DNA of 64,000 nt, taken from an uncultured Verrucomicrobiae bacterium. Lineage in GTDB: Bacteria > Verrucomicrobiota > Verrucomicrobiia > Opitutales > JABDGR01. Position numbers and translations under genes: made by a program. Below the pieces are notes generated by a model. That model was not told the origin of the DNA, did not search any database, and saw only the letters and a program-made list of their open reading frames with translations. The DNA lies in contig CAVXVB010000009.1 in NCBI GenBank assembly GCA_963765205.1, positions 192,001 to 256,000 of the forward strand, read 5' to 3'. Each line of letters starts with the position of its first letter. Position 1 is the first letter of the stretch. This document shows positions 20,214 to 30,845 of this stretch, piece by piece.

Positions 20214-22064
20214 ATGGTTCCCCGACTAAGAATTCTGGCGTGGCTGGCCGTGGCATTCCTGGCCGCGGGTTGTTCGGCGACCCATGCCGCGCCCGCGGCG
20301 CCGTTGCCGTTGGCGCCGGGGCAGACAATGGTGGTCGTAGCGAAGGGCGCGCCGGCTGCTGAGCAGGATGCCGCCAAGTTGCTGCAAACGTGGCTGCGCA
20401 AGGCGTGCGGAGTCACGACGGGGTTTGAGATTCAAAGCAGAGAGCAGGGAGCAGGGAGCGCGGGGCTGGAGGTGGCGAATTCAGCGGTGGCTGCGCTGCC
20501 CAAGGACAAGGTGGTCATTGTGCTGGGGGCGGCCGCGGGCCAGCCCGACCCGCGCGTCGCGGCCTTGGAGGATGATGGGTTTTTAATCCATCGCGAGGGC
20601 AACGTCATTGCCATCACCGGCCACTCGGGAGACGGCACATATTACGGCGCGGTGTCGTTTTTGGACCGCTATGCGGGCGTGCGCTTTTACATGCCGACGG
20701 ACTTCTGGACGAGCCTGCCCGCCAGCCACACGGTGGCTTTCAATGGCGGCGACGTTTTGTCGCAGCCCTTTGTGGACTCGGGGGATATTTCGGGCTTCAC
20801 GATCAAAGGCATCAGCGACCCGGACTGGCTGCGGCGCATTGGGGGCCAGCGGCGCAAGGGCGGCACCCACCAGCACGACCTCAATGAGATTTTTCCGCCA
20901 GCGGAATTCGCCCAAACCCACCCGGAAATTTACCCTATCTACGACGGCAAACGTTACATTCCCGCCAACGCAGGCGACCAGACCTGGCAGATTGATTTCG
21001 CCGAGCCGGCCACGCTGGCTGCTGCGGAACAGTCACTCGCGGAGTATTTCCAAAAGACGCCAGGCGCGCCCTACATTGCGGTGAGTGTCAACGACAACAA
21101 CCACTGGAGCGAGAGTGCGCGCAACCAGGCCGTCATGGCCGAATTCCAGGCCAAGAATCCCACGGGCGATTACCAGGCCGCGGCGCGGAGCGACATTTAC
21201 TGGCGCTTCATGAACCAATTGGCCGGGTGGCTGAGGGAAAAATTCCCCGGCAAGCTGCTCATCGGCCTCGCCTACGGGCCGACCGGGGCGACGCCGGCCT
21301 TTTCGCTGGCGGATAATATTGTGGTCTATACGAACCTGCACATCTCCGAACTGCCGTTGTATGTTTCGGCGCCCGCCGGACAATTATCCATCCTCGATCA
21401 ATTTCTCGCGGTGGCGCACCACTTTGGCAACCATGAATGGTATGAAGGCGACGGTTTTGCCTTGCCGCGGATTTATTCGGACCACTGGGCGCAGTTTTTG
21501 CGCACGCTGGCGCAGCATTACCCCAGCGTGTATATGCACGCCGAGGCCTACCCGAACTTCGGCTTCGACGGTCCGAAATATTACATCATGGCAAAAATGT
21601 GGTGGAACCCGCAGGCCGACCCGCGCGCGCTCACCCGCCAGTTTTGCGACGACCTCTTCGGCCCGGCCGCCCCGGCGATGGACCAATACTTCGAGCAGGT
21701 CGAGGCGCTCTGGACGCAGCTCGACAGCGTCGAAGGCCCCAAGCGCAAGATTGGCGCCTGGTCCAACCAATTCATCACCACGCCGGCGAGCCGGTCGCTG
21801 ATTCAGCATTGCGATGACTTCTTGAAACAGGCCGCCGCCACCGCGCAAACCGATGATCAAAAATCGCGCGTGGCGCTGTTCGCCAAGTGCTTTACTTTCA
21901 GCGAAAGTTTGTTCGCGCTGGCCGCCCAACCCAGCGACGCCGCGCTCCACGCCCAGTCCGTCGCGCTGGCCCAGGATTTGATCAAAGACCCCTGGACGAT
22001 TTATAATCCCGCCAGTCTCACGCAGGCGATTGAGGCTACATACCATGACCCGGCGAAAAAATAA
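20214..22064 (+). CDS. DUF4838-like secreted lipoprotein (GH20/GH67-like N-terminal domain)
   Basis: Lipobox AAGC; EDDGFLI..GN.IAITG..GTYYGAVSFLDRYAGVRFYMP; HPEIYP; YIMAKMWWNP; FGPAAPAM..YF. Confidence 0.75.
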   Translation: MVPRLRILAWLAVAFLAAGCSATHAAPAAPLPLAPGQTMVVVAKGAPAAEQDAAKLLQTWLRKACGVTTGFEIQSREQGAGSAGLEVANSAVAALPKDKVVIVLGAAAGQPDPRVAALEDDGFLIHREGNVIAITGHSGDGTYYGAVSFLDRYAGVRFYMPTDFWTSLPASHTVAFNGGDVLSQPFVDSGDISGFTIKGISDPDWLRRIGGQRRKGGTHQHDLNEIFPPAEFAQTHPEIYPIYDGKRYIPANAGDQTWQIDFAEPATLAAAEQSLAEYFQKTPGAPYIAVSVNDNNHWSESARNQAVMAEFQAKNPTGDYQAAARSDIYWRFMNQLAGWLREKFPGKLLIGLAYGPTGATPAFSLADNIVVYTNLHISELPLYVSAPAGQLSILDQFLAVAHHFGNHEWYEGDGFALPRIYSDHWAQFLRTLAQHYPSVYMHAEAYPNFGFDGPKYYIMAKMWWNPQADPRALTRQFCDDLFGPAAPAMDQYFEQVEALWTQLDSVEGPKRKIGAWSNQFITTPASRSLIQHCDDFLKQAAATAQTDDQKSRVALFAKCFTFSESLFALAAQPSDAALHAQSVALAQDLIKDPWTIYNPASLTQAIEATYHDPAKK

Positions 22065-22085
22065 TTCGTAAGCGAGGCAGAAACT

Positions 22086-23249
22086 TCACCGCATCACCCG
22101 CGCGCCGGGGCCGGTGCGGGTGGCGAAGACGACGGGGGCATGGCAAAAATATTGCGTGTAAGCCGCGATGACAGGCGCGGCGGTCTCGGCCGTAAATTCG
22201 GGGTTGGTGAGGGCCATAACTGCGCCGCCGAAGCCGCCGCCCGTCAGCCGCGCGCCATACACCCCGGGCAAAGTCACGAGGCGGTCCACGAGAAAATCCA
22301 ATTCCGGGCAACTGTTGACAAACAATTCTCGCGAACTTTGGTGCGAGGCGACCAGAAGCTTGCCCACGGCGGCCAGATCGCCTTTTTCGAGTGCGGCGGC
22401 GGCTTGCCGCACGCGCTCAATTTCCTGGGTGACATGGCGGGCGCGCGCCAATTGGTTGGGCGTCAAGGATGCGCGCTGGCGTTCGACTTCGGCGGAAGTC
22501 AGATCGGCGAGGAACCGGGCCTGGGGGTGGAATTGTTGCAAAACTTTCAGAGCGTCCTCACATTCGCGGCGGCGCGCGGCATAGAGCGAATCGAGGAGCG
22601 CGTGTTTGGTCCCGGTGTTAAAGATCCAGAAACGCGCGGTCTTGGGCAAGGGCAGGGGAGTGAACGTTTCGGCGCGGCAATCGAGCAGCACCAGGTGGTC
22701 GGCCTGGCCAAAGGCGGACACACCCTGGTCCAGGATGCCACAAGGCATCCCTACGAATTCATTTTCCGCCTGGCGGCACCAACGCGCCAGCGCGAGCAAT
22801 TCGATGGGCAGCCCGAACAATTCGCGCAGCGCCACCGCAGCGGCGAGTTCGAGGGCCGCGCTGCTCGACAGGCCCGCGCCTGCCGGCAGGTCGCCCGCCA
22901 TCGCCAAATCAAAACCCGCGGGAAACGAGCAGCCATTTTTTTGCAGCGCCCAGGCGACGCCGAGCGGGTAATTGGCCCAGGCCGCCGCGCCGGAGAGCGG
23001 CGTGAGGCCGGCCAGGTCCACTTCGACCGCCGCGCCATAAGTCGGGCTGAACACGCGTATGCGGTGATCCATTCGCCTCGAGGCCGCGACCTGCACTCCC
23101 CGATCAATGGCCGCCCCAATGACCAGGCCGCCGTTGTAATCCACATGGTTGCCTATAAATTCAAGCCGCCCGGGGGCATAGCTGCAAACGGCGGGCGCCG
23201 CGCCATATTGCTGGAGAAAAACGTCGGACGCAGTCACGGGCGAAGGCAT
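22086..23249 (-). CDS. galK: Galactokinase
   Basis: APGRLEFIGNHVDYNGG, PAGAGLSSSAALE, CGILDQ, GARLTGGGFGG GHMP motifs. Confidence 0.93.
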   Translation of the reverse strand: MPSPVTASDVFLQQYGAAPAVCSYAPGRLEFIGNHVDYNGGLVIGAAIDRGVQVAASRRMDHRIRVFSPTYGAAVEVDLAGLTPLSGAAAWANYPLGVAWALQKNGCSFPAGFDLAMAGDLPAGAGLSSSAALELAAAVALRELFGLPIELLALARWCRQAENEFVGMPCGILDQGVSAFGQADHLVLLDCRAETFTPLPLPKTARFWIFNTGTKHALLDSLYAARRRECEDALKVLQQFHPQARFLADLTSAEVERQRASLTPNQLARARHVTQEIERVRQAAAALEKGDLAAVGKLLVASHQSSRELFVNSCPELDFLVDRLVTLPGVYGARLTGGGFGGAVMALTNPEFTAETAAPVIAAYTQYFCHAPVVFATRTGPGARVMR

Positions 23250-23439
23250 GAGGGATAATGGGATGAAACAGCGCCCAGCGAAGATGTTAGAGCGTAAGGA
23301 TAGTGGGCGGTGGAGTGGAAAAAGGGAAGCGGGAAATGGGACCTCGGAAATAACCCAAGGGAAACAGGGGGCATTGCCTTTTCCAGCCAGGCGCGGTAGT
23401 ATGGGTTTCAGCATTGCTCTGCCATTCGCCAAACCCGTC

Positions 23440-24030
23440 ATGCAAAAATACTCGTCCACGCAGGAAGTCGCCGAATTGGAGGTGGCGCTCGAGAAATCGC
23501 GCCAGACGCCAGGCTTTCGCGCCCTGCTGGCCTTCTTCTGGGGGCTGATCATGGCGAAGTGCCTGCTGGCGCAGTGGTCGGCCACGGTTTATCACATTCC
23601 CATCAACACCGGCTTATACGTTTGGACCTTGTCCTTCGGCGGTTCGGGTGCGTTGACTCTCGTCTATGCCTGCATTTTGTTCCGCGAACTGCCCCGGATG
23701 CCATTAAGCGGGCGCATCGTCAGTGCAACCTGGGTGGGTTGCGGCGCGGGCTTTCTGGTGCTGGCGCTGGTGGCCGTGGTCTACGGAGCATTTACCGTTT
23801 ACTTGCTGCCGGCGTTGGCGGCGGTTTTGCTGGGGGTCGGGTGCCACATTCACAGCGTGGTGACCCGGCAGCGTCTCTTCCGAATTCTGGCGGTGGGCTG
23901 GTGGCTGGCTGCGTTGGGGCTGTTTACCCAGCCGGACATTCAATCGCTGGCTTGGATGGCCTTGAGCCTGACGGTACTGGTTGTCCTGCCGGCGGGTTGG
24001 TTGCTTTTCACCCGCCGTAAACAAGCGTAA
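23440..24030 (+). CDS. Hypothetical multi-pass membrane protein
   Basis: About six hydrophobic segments; start uncertain (23401 or 23440). Confidence 0.7.
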   Translation: MQKYSSTQEVAELEVALEKSRQTPGFRALLAFFWGLIMAKCLLAQWSATVYHIPINTGLYVWTLSFGGSGALTLVYACILFRELPRMPLSGRIVSATWVGCGAGFLVLALVAVVYGAFTVYLLPALAAVLLGVGCHIHSVVTRQRLFRILAVGWWLAALGLFTQPDIQSLAWMALSLTVLVVLPAGWLLFTRRKQA

Positions 24031-24040
24031 CTAGGTCAGC

Positions 24041-26266
24041 CTAAGTCTTGCGTTCCGGCTTTTCCGTGCGTTCCGGCCGGTAGGAATAATAATCGTAATA
24101 ACGGTAGGAATAGTAGCTCGGCTCGCGGTGATCAATGAAGTTTACCACCATGCCGTAAACGTTGACGCCGCGGCGGTGCAGGCTTTCCAATGAGGTGCGC
24201 ACCTGGCGCAGCCGGGTGAAGCCCGCCCGCACTACAAAAATCACCGCGTCCGCGCGCGTGGCGAAACTGGCGGCGTCGTCGGTGAGCAGGATGGGCGGGC
24301 TGTCAAACACGACAAAGTCATAACGCTGGCGGAGGGTCTGGATGGAGTCACGGAAACGATCGCTCATCAGCAGTTCGCCCGGCTGGGCCGGATATTTGCC
24401 GCACGAGATAAAGTCGAGATTTTCGGAGCCGGTGGGTTGGATAATTTTTTCGAGGGGCACACCTTGGCCAATGTGTTCGGCCAGGCCCAGATCATTGGGC
24501 AGATTGAAGCGCTTGTGCAACTGGCCGCGGCGCATATCGGCATCCACCAACAGCGTGCGCGAAGCGGCAAAGCCCAGGGTAATGGCCAAGTTGGAGGACA
24601 GTGTGGATTTGCCTTCGGAGGGCATCGAGCTGGTCAGCATGATAATCCGTGGACGCTGGCCCTGCCGGTCCATATACAAGAGCGAGGAGCGGAGGTTGCG
24701 GCACGATTCAGCAAACATCTGCCGCTGGTCGCCGTGCTTCAGGAGTTCAACCTGTCCATTAATGCGCTTTTGCATCGGAATGACACCCAGCATGGGCTCT
24801 TCAAAACGCTGGGAGAGATCCTCGACCGACATAATGCGACCGTCGAGCGCGCCCAGCAGGAAGATGATGGTGATGCCGGCGGCCAGCCCGACAAAGGCGC
24901 CTTCGGCCACGGGTCGCAGGGGATCCACCACTTGCTCGGAGGCGGGGGTGGCGTGCAGGTTGATTTGGAGGATTTCCCCGGAAATTTCGTGGTTTTCCGT
25001 CAAGGAGGCGGAACTTTGCACGGCGAAATTATAGGTGTTCGTCAGCAACTGGATTTTGGTGGTGTCGTCCCGGATGGTGTTGATGATCTCATTGTCGTCC
25101 TTGTTGGTTTGCTCGAGCGTCTTTTTGGTTTCGTTGGCGGAAGCCCTTTCAATTTTCAGGATATTCACGATCTTTTCGAGCTGTGTCACTCGCCGCCGGC
25201 GCAGCTCGCGCAGGGTGCTTTGCAACTGGTCAAGCTGTTTGGCCAGTTCGGCCATCTTGGGGTGGCGGGGGCCCAGGCCGGTGCCCAATTGGTCGTATTT
25301 GAGCTGGAGACTGAGGAGCTGCTCATTATACAATTTATAATCCGAGTCGGGTGGCAGCAGTTTCAAGTTGTCCACTTCGCGGTCAATTTCATCCACGCGG
25401 TCGCCCTGGCCATTATTGCCCTCGACATAGTTTTTGAATTCGTCCGGATCCATTGGTTTGGTTTGGTCGTCACCCATCGTCGGTGCGGGCGGCGTGGTCG
25501 CCAAAGTGGTTGCCTTGTCCGCCTCCGACGGCGGGCCCGCCAGCGGCTCGAGAAATTGCAATTGGGCGTCCATCTCCGTGATTTCATCATTGATGGAGCT
25601 CAATTTGGCCTGGGCTTCGTCGGCAGCTTTTTCCGCGGCATCCACCGTGGCAAAACTATGTTTATTGACGTAGTCGCTTAGTTCATTCGTCTTGTCTTGA
25701 ACCTGGCTCTGGTAGTCCTGCGCCACTTTTTGCAGGTTGATGATGTATTTCTGAAAAACCTGGTCCCGCTGGACGTCCCGATAGTGGAGAAAAGCCTCCA
25801 TCCAGGCTTCCAAAAAATATTGGGTGAATTGCGGGTCGCTGCCGGTGGCGGTCAGACTCAAAATACTGGTGCCAGGGATCACGGCCGCATCGGGGCTCGC
25901 CCAGGGCGGATGCGCGCCATATTCCGGATGCTGGAGCAGCACGTTCGCGAAAGCCTCATGCTGCAAATCCGCGCTCTTCATCAGATGGATTTGATTTTGG
26001 AAAAAATTGCCCACCAACTCGTTGATGGAGGAGGTCGTGCCAATGGAAACCAGGTTGCTGACGTTCATTTCCGCGGTGGAGAAATACGTTGGCTGGGCGT
26101 CGCGCATATTCCACTTTTGGACGAAGCCACCCGCCGCCACGGTAATGATGATGATCCACCAGAAGCGCTTGAGGTAGATGCGCGCACGGAACAGAAAGGC
26201 GTGGAACGTCTCCGACCATTCGACGCGCTGGCCGCCTTCGTTGGTTTCGGTGACAGGGGTGGGCAT
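24041..26266 (-). CDS. Polysaccharide co-polymerase / tyrosine autokinase (Wzc-like)
   Basis: Two TMs around a coiled-coil periplasmic region; ESCRNLRSSL, TSSMPSEGKST Walker A, LLVDADMRRG, FDSPP; C-terminal Tyr cluster SYYSYRYYDYYSY. Confidence 0.92.
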   Translation of the reverse strand: MPTPVTETNEGGQRVEWSETFHAFLFRARIYLKRFWWIIIITVAAGGFVQKWNMRDAQPTYFSTAEMNVSNLVSIGTTSSINELVGNFFQNQIHLMKSADLQHEAFANVLLQHPEYGAHPPWASPDAAVIPGTSILSLTATGSDPQFTQYFLEAWMEAFLHYRDVQRDQVFQKYIINLQKVAQDYQSQVQDKTNELSDYVNKHSFATVDAAEKAADEAQAKLSSINDEITEMDAQLQFLEPLAGPPSEADKATTLATTPPAPTMGDDQTKPMDPDEFKNYVEGNNGQGDRVDEIDREVDNLKLLPPDSDYKLYNEQLLSLQLKYDQLGTGLGPRHPKMAELAKQLDQLQSTLRELRRRRVTQLEKIVNILKIERASANETKKTLEQTNKDDNEIINTIRDDTTKIQLLTNTYNFAVQSSASLTENHEISGEILQINLHATPASEQVVDPLRPVAEGAFVGLAAGITIIFLLGALDGRIMSVEDLSQRFEEPMLGVIPMQKRINGQVELLKHGDQRQMFAESCRNLRSSLLYMDRQGQRPRIIMLTSSMPSEGKSTLSSNLAITLGFAASRTLLVDADMRRGQLHKRFNLPNDLGLAEHIGQGVPLEKIIQPTGSENLDFISCGKYPAQPGELLMSDRFRDSIQTLRQRYDFVVFDSPPILLTDDAASFATRADAVIFVVRAGFTRLRQVRTSLESLHRRGVNVYGMVVNFIDHREPSYYSYRYYDYYSYRPERTEKPERKT

Positions 26267-26291
26267 GGGAAAGGGGGGAGGGGAAGGCGGT

Positions 26292-27539
26292 TTAGCGGTT
26301 GGCCAGAATGGACCAGTCCACATTGACGTCGTCGCCAGCTTGGAGGACCATGTCCTGATCCTTTTGATTGCGCAAGAGCACCGCATCCACATCCACCTTG
26401 TAGGTGTGCAATTGATCCTTGCCGTCCTTGTCCTTTTCCCAACGGAGGACGCGGACCGTGTGCTTCGAGAAATCGGTCCAGCCCGCGTCAATGATGGCCG
26501 TGGAAACCGTCATCGGTTCATTGGCGGGAAGCAGGATGCGCAAGGCCGGCTGGTGTTCGATTTCACCGGAAACAATCACATAGCCATTGGTTTCAGTCAA
26601 GGAGGGCACGGTGACGGCGTCGCCGGGACTGAGCACATACATGTCTGGCTCCCTGCCTTTGCTGATCAAGTCCGCCACATTAACTTCGGTTTTTGTTGGT
26701 TTGTCCGGGTCGTCGGTTTGATGAATGATGGTGACGTGTTTGGTGTCCGCCCCGGGGGCAAAGTCGCCGGCCGCGCGAATGACGTCGGATAGCGTCAGCA
26801 GGTGGTCGTTGGGCACTGGCACTTGCAGGTTGTTTCTCATGACTGCGCCATTGATGGTGACATGGCCACGGGACTGGTCGCTATGAAACAAAGCTACTTT
26901 GATGGTGGCTTTATTGTATAACTCCAATTTGGTCTCATTGGGACCCAAATTCTGGTCGGTCAACCGGTCTTGCAGCGCTTGTACCACCTGCCGCAAAGTA
27001 AAGCCGGCGGCCTTGATGGGTTCCGGCAGATAGGGCACATTATTCACCAAGCCTTTTTCATCCACCAGCAACAATGTCGGCGGATCCTGGTCTTCGACCA
27101 CTTGGTAAATGAATTGGTCACCCGGCTCCAAAATATGTTTGTTGTCAATTTGCTCGGGATCCGAGCTTAAAGGGATGGTGGAAAAATTAGGCCCGGATGG
27201 AATTACCGGTGCGGCCACAGTCGGCGCGGTAGCCGCTGGCGCCGCAGCGGTGGTGTTAGCTGATGCTGACGGAAGAACCAACGCCCCGGAAATGGTATTC
27301 GAGCCAGGGACGGGCCCCAGGGCGGGGTTTGCCACAGTGGACGTCGCGTTGGGATCGGGAACGACCTGACCTGTGACACCGTTAATGGTGATAGTTCCCG
27401 TAGGTGTCTGAAAGGCATTCGGACCCGACTGCGAGTTGGTGCCGAAATTAGGTTGGGACGGCCCATTATGCGTGACCTGCGCCATGGCCCAAAGCTGGGT
27501 CGCCAGCCAAGCGAACAAGGCGATACGGCGGGTAGGCAT
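26292..27539 (-). CDS. Polysaccharide export protein (Wza/Poly_export with SLBB domains)
   Basis: LEPGDQF..QVVEDQD..LLVDEKG..VPYL..IKAAGFTL; SLBB-like TLSDVIRAAGDF and LQAGDDVNV. Confidence 0.85.
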   Translation of the reverse strand: MPTRRIALFAWLATQLWAMAQVTHNGPSQPNFGTNSQSGPNAFQTPTGTITINGVTGQVVPDPNATSTVANPALGPVPGSNTISGALVLPSASANTTAAAPAATAPTVAAPVIPSGPNFSTIPLSSDPEQIDNKHILEPGDQFIYQVVEDQDPPTLLLVDEKGLVNNVPYLPEPIKAAGFTLRQVVQALQDRLTDQNLGPNETKLELYNKATIKVALFHSDQSRGHVTINGAVMRNNLQVPVPNDHLLTLSDVIRAAGDFAPGADTKHVTIIHQTDDPDKPTKTEVNVADLISKGREPDMYVLSPGDAVTVPSLTETNGYVIVSGEIEHQPALRILLPANEPMTVSTAIIDAGWTDFSKHTVRVLRWEKDKDGKDQLHTYKVDVDAVLLRNQKDQDMVLQAGDDVNVDWSILANR

Positions 27540-27642
27540 AAATGGACGAAGAGGGAACACGCGGTAACAATGTAGCACGCGAAAAGAGTTTAGGCTATCT
27601 TAAAAAACGGCTCCGGAGCCACCGGCGGGCGATGGGCGGGGG

Positions 27643-28947
27643 TCAGAATTGATAGCGGAAGCCCAGAATGAACTGGTTCTGGTAGTAAGTGCGCTCGAGG
27701 TAATTCGAGAATTTATCTGTGAACTGGTAGCTGGCATACCACTCGGATCGCTTGGTTAGTTTGTAGTTGATCGAGGGCGAAATGACGTATTCGTTGTAAG
27801 TTTCCGGGGCTAGACCGCCGGAATCGGCGGCATGCTCCCAATAAAGCTCCAGCGTCCCCACCAGCTTGGGCAGGAGGAAATGCTGGACTTCAATTTTGTA
27901 GTCCACCCGGTCCACCGTGATGGTGTTGGAGACGTAGCCGAAATTTGAGGCGCGGGTGAGGGTGAAGGTGTGCTGCAGGTTGTTGCTCAATTTCTGGCTG
28001 AGGGAGAAGGAGCCGGTGTAGGTGCTCGGCTGGCTGGAGTCGCCATTCGTCCCGTCTTGCTGAAAGGCGTAACCGGTGAAGCCAAGGGTGGCATTCATGG
28101 TGATGGTCTTGCCCACGGCCCCTGACAGGGTGCCGCCGATATACCAGGAGCCGCTGTTGTTCTCGAGATGCTGCTGGTAGTAGTTTTCCGTGTAATTGGC
28201 GTCCAGCTTGGCCTGTAGCTTGGTGTTAATTTCGTAGCGGGCACCGGCGGACGCGGTGTATTGCCAGCGGCGCAGGAATTCATATTCCGCACTCTGCGGG
28301 AACACATCCGAGCGATAAAGACCCGCGTAGAGCACCACTTTGTTCATATCCCAGTCCGCCGTTACTCCCAGTTGATTGTTAAACATCCCGAAGGCCTGGA
28401 TGCTGGTGATGATTTGCCCGGTCAAGGGATTGAAATCCAGCGCGTCGGTCGGCTGCACAGAATAATTGAAGGAGTCGTAAATGGAAAGCGTGAGCGGCGG
28501 CAGCTTGATGGTGTAGGCCAGGCGGGAATCCGGTGAAATATCCGCAAAGTTGGTGTAGGTGCTCAGGTTTTGATGGATGAGATACTCGCTCCACGCGATG
28601 CCCATTTGCAAGGCGACCGTGTTGTTGTCGTTCAGCTTGTCATTGGCGGCGAGGGTGAGGCCGGGGCGCAAAATGATGTCGCCCGCCCGGTCGTCATGCG
28701 CAAAATTGATGTTGTCATTGAACTCGACTTCGAAGCTCCCGGTGATGTCTATCTTAAGCGCGCCAATTTGCATGGTGGGGGTGTGTTCCTGGCCCGGCGC
28801 GTCTTGGGCGCAAAGGACGCCGCTGCCCAGCCAAACCGTTAGCAATGCCGTCAGGGCGGTGGCCACAAACCGGCCCCGAAGTAATTCACCCCAGTTTAGA
28901 GCCGATGTCCGAACAAAAACAAAATTGCGATGTTCGCGTCCCTTCAT
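27643..28947 (-). CDS. Outer-membrane beta-barrel associated with polysaccharide export
   Basis: Signal peptide; EFNDNI N-terminal motif; alternating beta-strand pattern; C-terminal YQF; upstream of wza-wzc. Confidence 0.8.
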   Translation of the reverse strand: MKGREHRNFVFVRTSALNWGELLRGRFVATALTALLTVWLGSGVLCAQDAPGQEHTPTMQIGALKIDITGSFEVEFNDNINFAHDDRAGDIILRPGLTLAANDKLNDNNTVALQMGIAWSEYLIHQNLSTYTNFADISPDSRLAYTIKLPPLTLSIYDSFNYSVQPTDALDFNPLTGQIITSIQAFGMFNNQLGVTADWDMNKVVLYAGLYRSDVFPQSAEYEFLRRWQYTASAGARYEINTKLQAKLDANYTENYYQQHLENNSGSWYIGGTLSGAVGKTITMNATLGFTGYAFQQDGTNGDSSQPSTYTGSFSLSQKLSNNLQHTFTLTRASNFGYVSNTITVDRVDYKIEVQHFLLPKLVGTLELYWEHAADSGGLAPETYNEYVISPSINYKLTKRSEWYASYQFTDKFSNYLERTYYQNQFILGFRYQF

Positions 28948-29200
28948 AACTTAGGGCAAACCCCCCAGGTATGTGGCGACGATACCGTCGCACCTGCACA
29001 GGCGGAAAAGGCCGTGGGCCGGTCGAGTTGAATATGGAATTGCCATCTAGGTAAAAGGCCTTATAAAGGTCGTTATCCTATCTTGAGGGGTTTTCTTTAA
29101 TCAAGCAAATCATTAGCAAAAATAAGGCCGCATTTTTACACATTTTTACCATAAGAGTTGCTGCCTTTTTTGCCAATCTTGCTTATAGTATCGAAATAAA

Positions 29201-30784
29201 ATGAAAAAGCCTAACCTTAATTCGTTAGTTGGTCGCTTCTTGTTGCTGGGCGTGGCCTTAAGCGGCTTGGCCGCCGCCGCCCCGGCACCCGATGGCAGCG
29301 CCGCGGCCCCCCTCATCGCTTCGACTTCCGCCACCGGCTACGCCCTCACCGTCACGCCGGATGCCCTTTCCACCACCCACCGCATTGTTAAGATTAACCT
29401 GGCCCGCTGGCTGAACGGCGCCCGGCTCGTGGAATCGCAACCCAACGGCGATCTTAAAACGCTCCTCTACGACGACTATGCCGCGGCGCAAAACGCGGCG
29501 CTGGCCAAAGACCCCAACGCCACGCCCACGGTCGGCGCGCTGCTGGATGAAGATGCCACCGCCCAGATTCCCTTCGCGCAAGGCGAGTCGAGCGTCATAG
29601 TGGATGTGGGTGTCATGCGCACGATTGAGCGCTTCGGCTTTTTCAGTTTCAGCGCCGCTGGTTCGGTGGATATCTATTATAGCGCCATCACTCCCGCCTC
29701 CGCCAAAACGGATGACAAATCCTGGCAGTCGGCCAACATCCACCAGGCTTTCGGTTCGCGTCGCATCGTAAACGTGGATCTAAAGGCGTTGGAGGCCCGT
29801 TATGTGCTGCTGGTTTTTAAAATGAACACCCCGGGCGAGATCGGCCCGGTCGCCCTCTTTACTTCGGTGGACCTGAAGAATCCGATCGCCGCCCCCAATC
29901 AGGAGGACGAGAACGGCAAGGTCAAGATCGTCCCGCCTGAAGACCTGGTTGAATTTGACTACGCGCAGTCCGCCTATGGCTCCAAGGTCTCCGACTTGTC
30001 CGGCGGCGCGCTGGACGAGGCGCAAAACGTCCTCACCAGCGACCCGAGCAAAAAACTCACCATGGGTGCAGTTAACGGCACCGATGCCGTGAAACCGGAA
30101 AATATCTTCGTCGTGGACATGGGCACCAAGCGCGATATCAACAAGGTCGGCCTCCTCTTCACGACCACGGGCAACGGCAGTTTCTCCTTCTACTTTCTGG
30201 ATGCGTTGCCGAAGCGGCCCACGGACAACACGAAGCCCGCGACGGATACGAAGACCGCCTTCGAGGAATATTTGCGCCGTCCCCCGCCCATCCTCTTGGC
30301 GTCGAATGACAATGCCTTGGCTGTGGCGCTTTATCTCGCCCAGGACACGGCCCCGTCCACCAATGGCGTCCAGCCGATTGACTATTTGCCGCCGGATTTC
30401 TTTAACAACAACAAGCCCGGTTTCACGCAGGCCATTACCGGCAACACCAACCCCGGACGGATCGCCGGGACCTTTGACAACACTTTGAAATTCCGTTACG
30501 CGCTCATCCGCTGGGTGCCGCAGGATCCCAACCAGCCGCCGATTGATGTTTATCGCGTGAACCTCATTGGCAAAGTGCCCCTCGAGGACATTGGCCTTGC
30601 CTCCTCGAGCATGGTCAATGCCCTCGACCCCACCGGGCAATTGCAACCGGCCCACGGCACCAACACTCCGCCGACAGTCAACCTGCAAACCAATCCACAG
30701 CCCACGGGCACCCCGCAGCCCACCACGCAGCCAACGACGGAGCCGCCACCCACACCCACTTCTCCGTCGCCGGCGAGTGCGTGA
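29201..30784 (+). CDS. Secreted hypothetical protein with two probable discoidin/F5-8-like beta-sandwich domains and P/T-rich tail
   Basis: Signal peptide; duplicated (I/V)VD(V/M)G..R.I..(F/V)G ... RY(V/A)L pattern. Confidence 0.7.
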   Translation: MKKPNLNSLVGRFLLLGVALSGLAAAAPAPDGSAAAPLIASTSATGYALTVTPDALSTTHRIVKINLARWLNGARLVESQPNGDLKTLLYDDYAAAQNAALAKDPNATPTVGALLDEDATAQIPFAQGESSVIVDVGVMRTIERFGFFSFSAAGSVDIYYSAITPASAKTDDKSWQSANIHQAFGSRRIVNVDLKALEARYVLLVFKMNTPGEIGPVALFTSVDLKNPIAAPNQEDENGKVKIVPPEDLVEFDYAQSAYGSKVSDLSGGALDEAQNVLTSDPSKKLTMGAVNGTDAVKPENIFVVDMGTKRDINKVGLLFTTTGNGSFSFYFLDALPKRPTDNTKPATDTKTAFEEYLRRPPPILLASNDNALAVALYLAQDTAPSTNGVQPIDYLPPDFFNNNKPGFTQAITGNTNPGRIAGTFDNTLKFRYALIRWVPQDPNQPPIDVYRVNLIGKVPLEDIGLASSSMVNALDPTGQLQPAHGTNTPPTVNLQTNPQPTGTPQPTTQPTTEPPPTPTSPSPASA

Positions 30785-30845
30785 TTAAAGCGAGGAAAGT
30801 TGCTAAAGGTTCAGTTTTCGCAGGAGCAGATGGGCGGTGGCGCGC

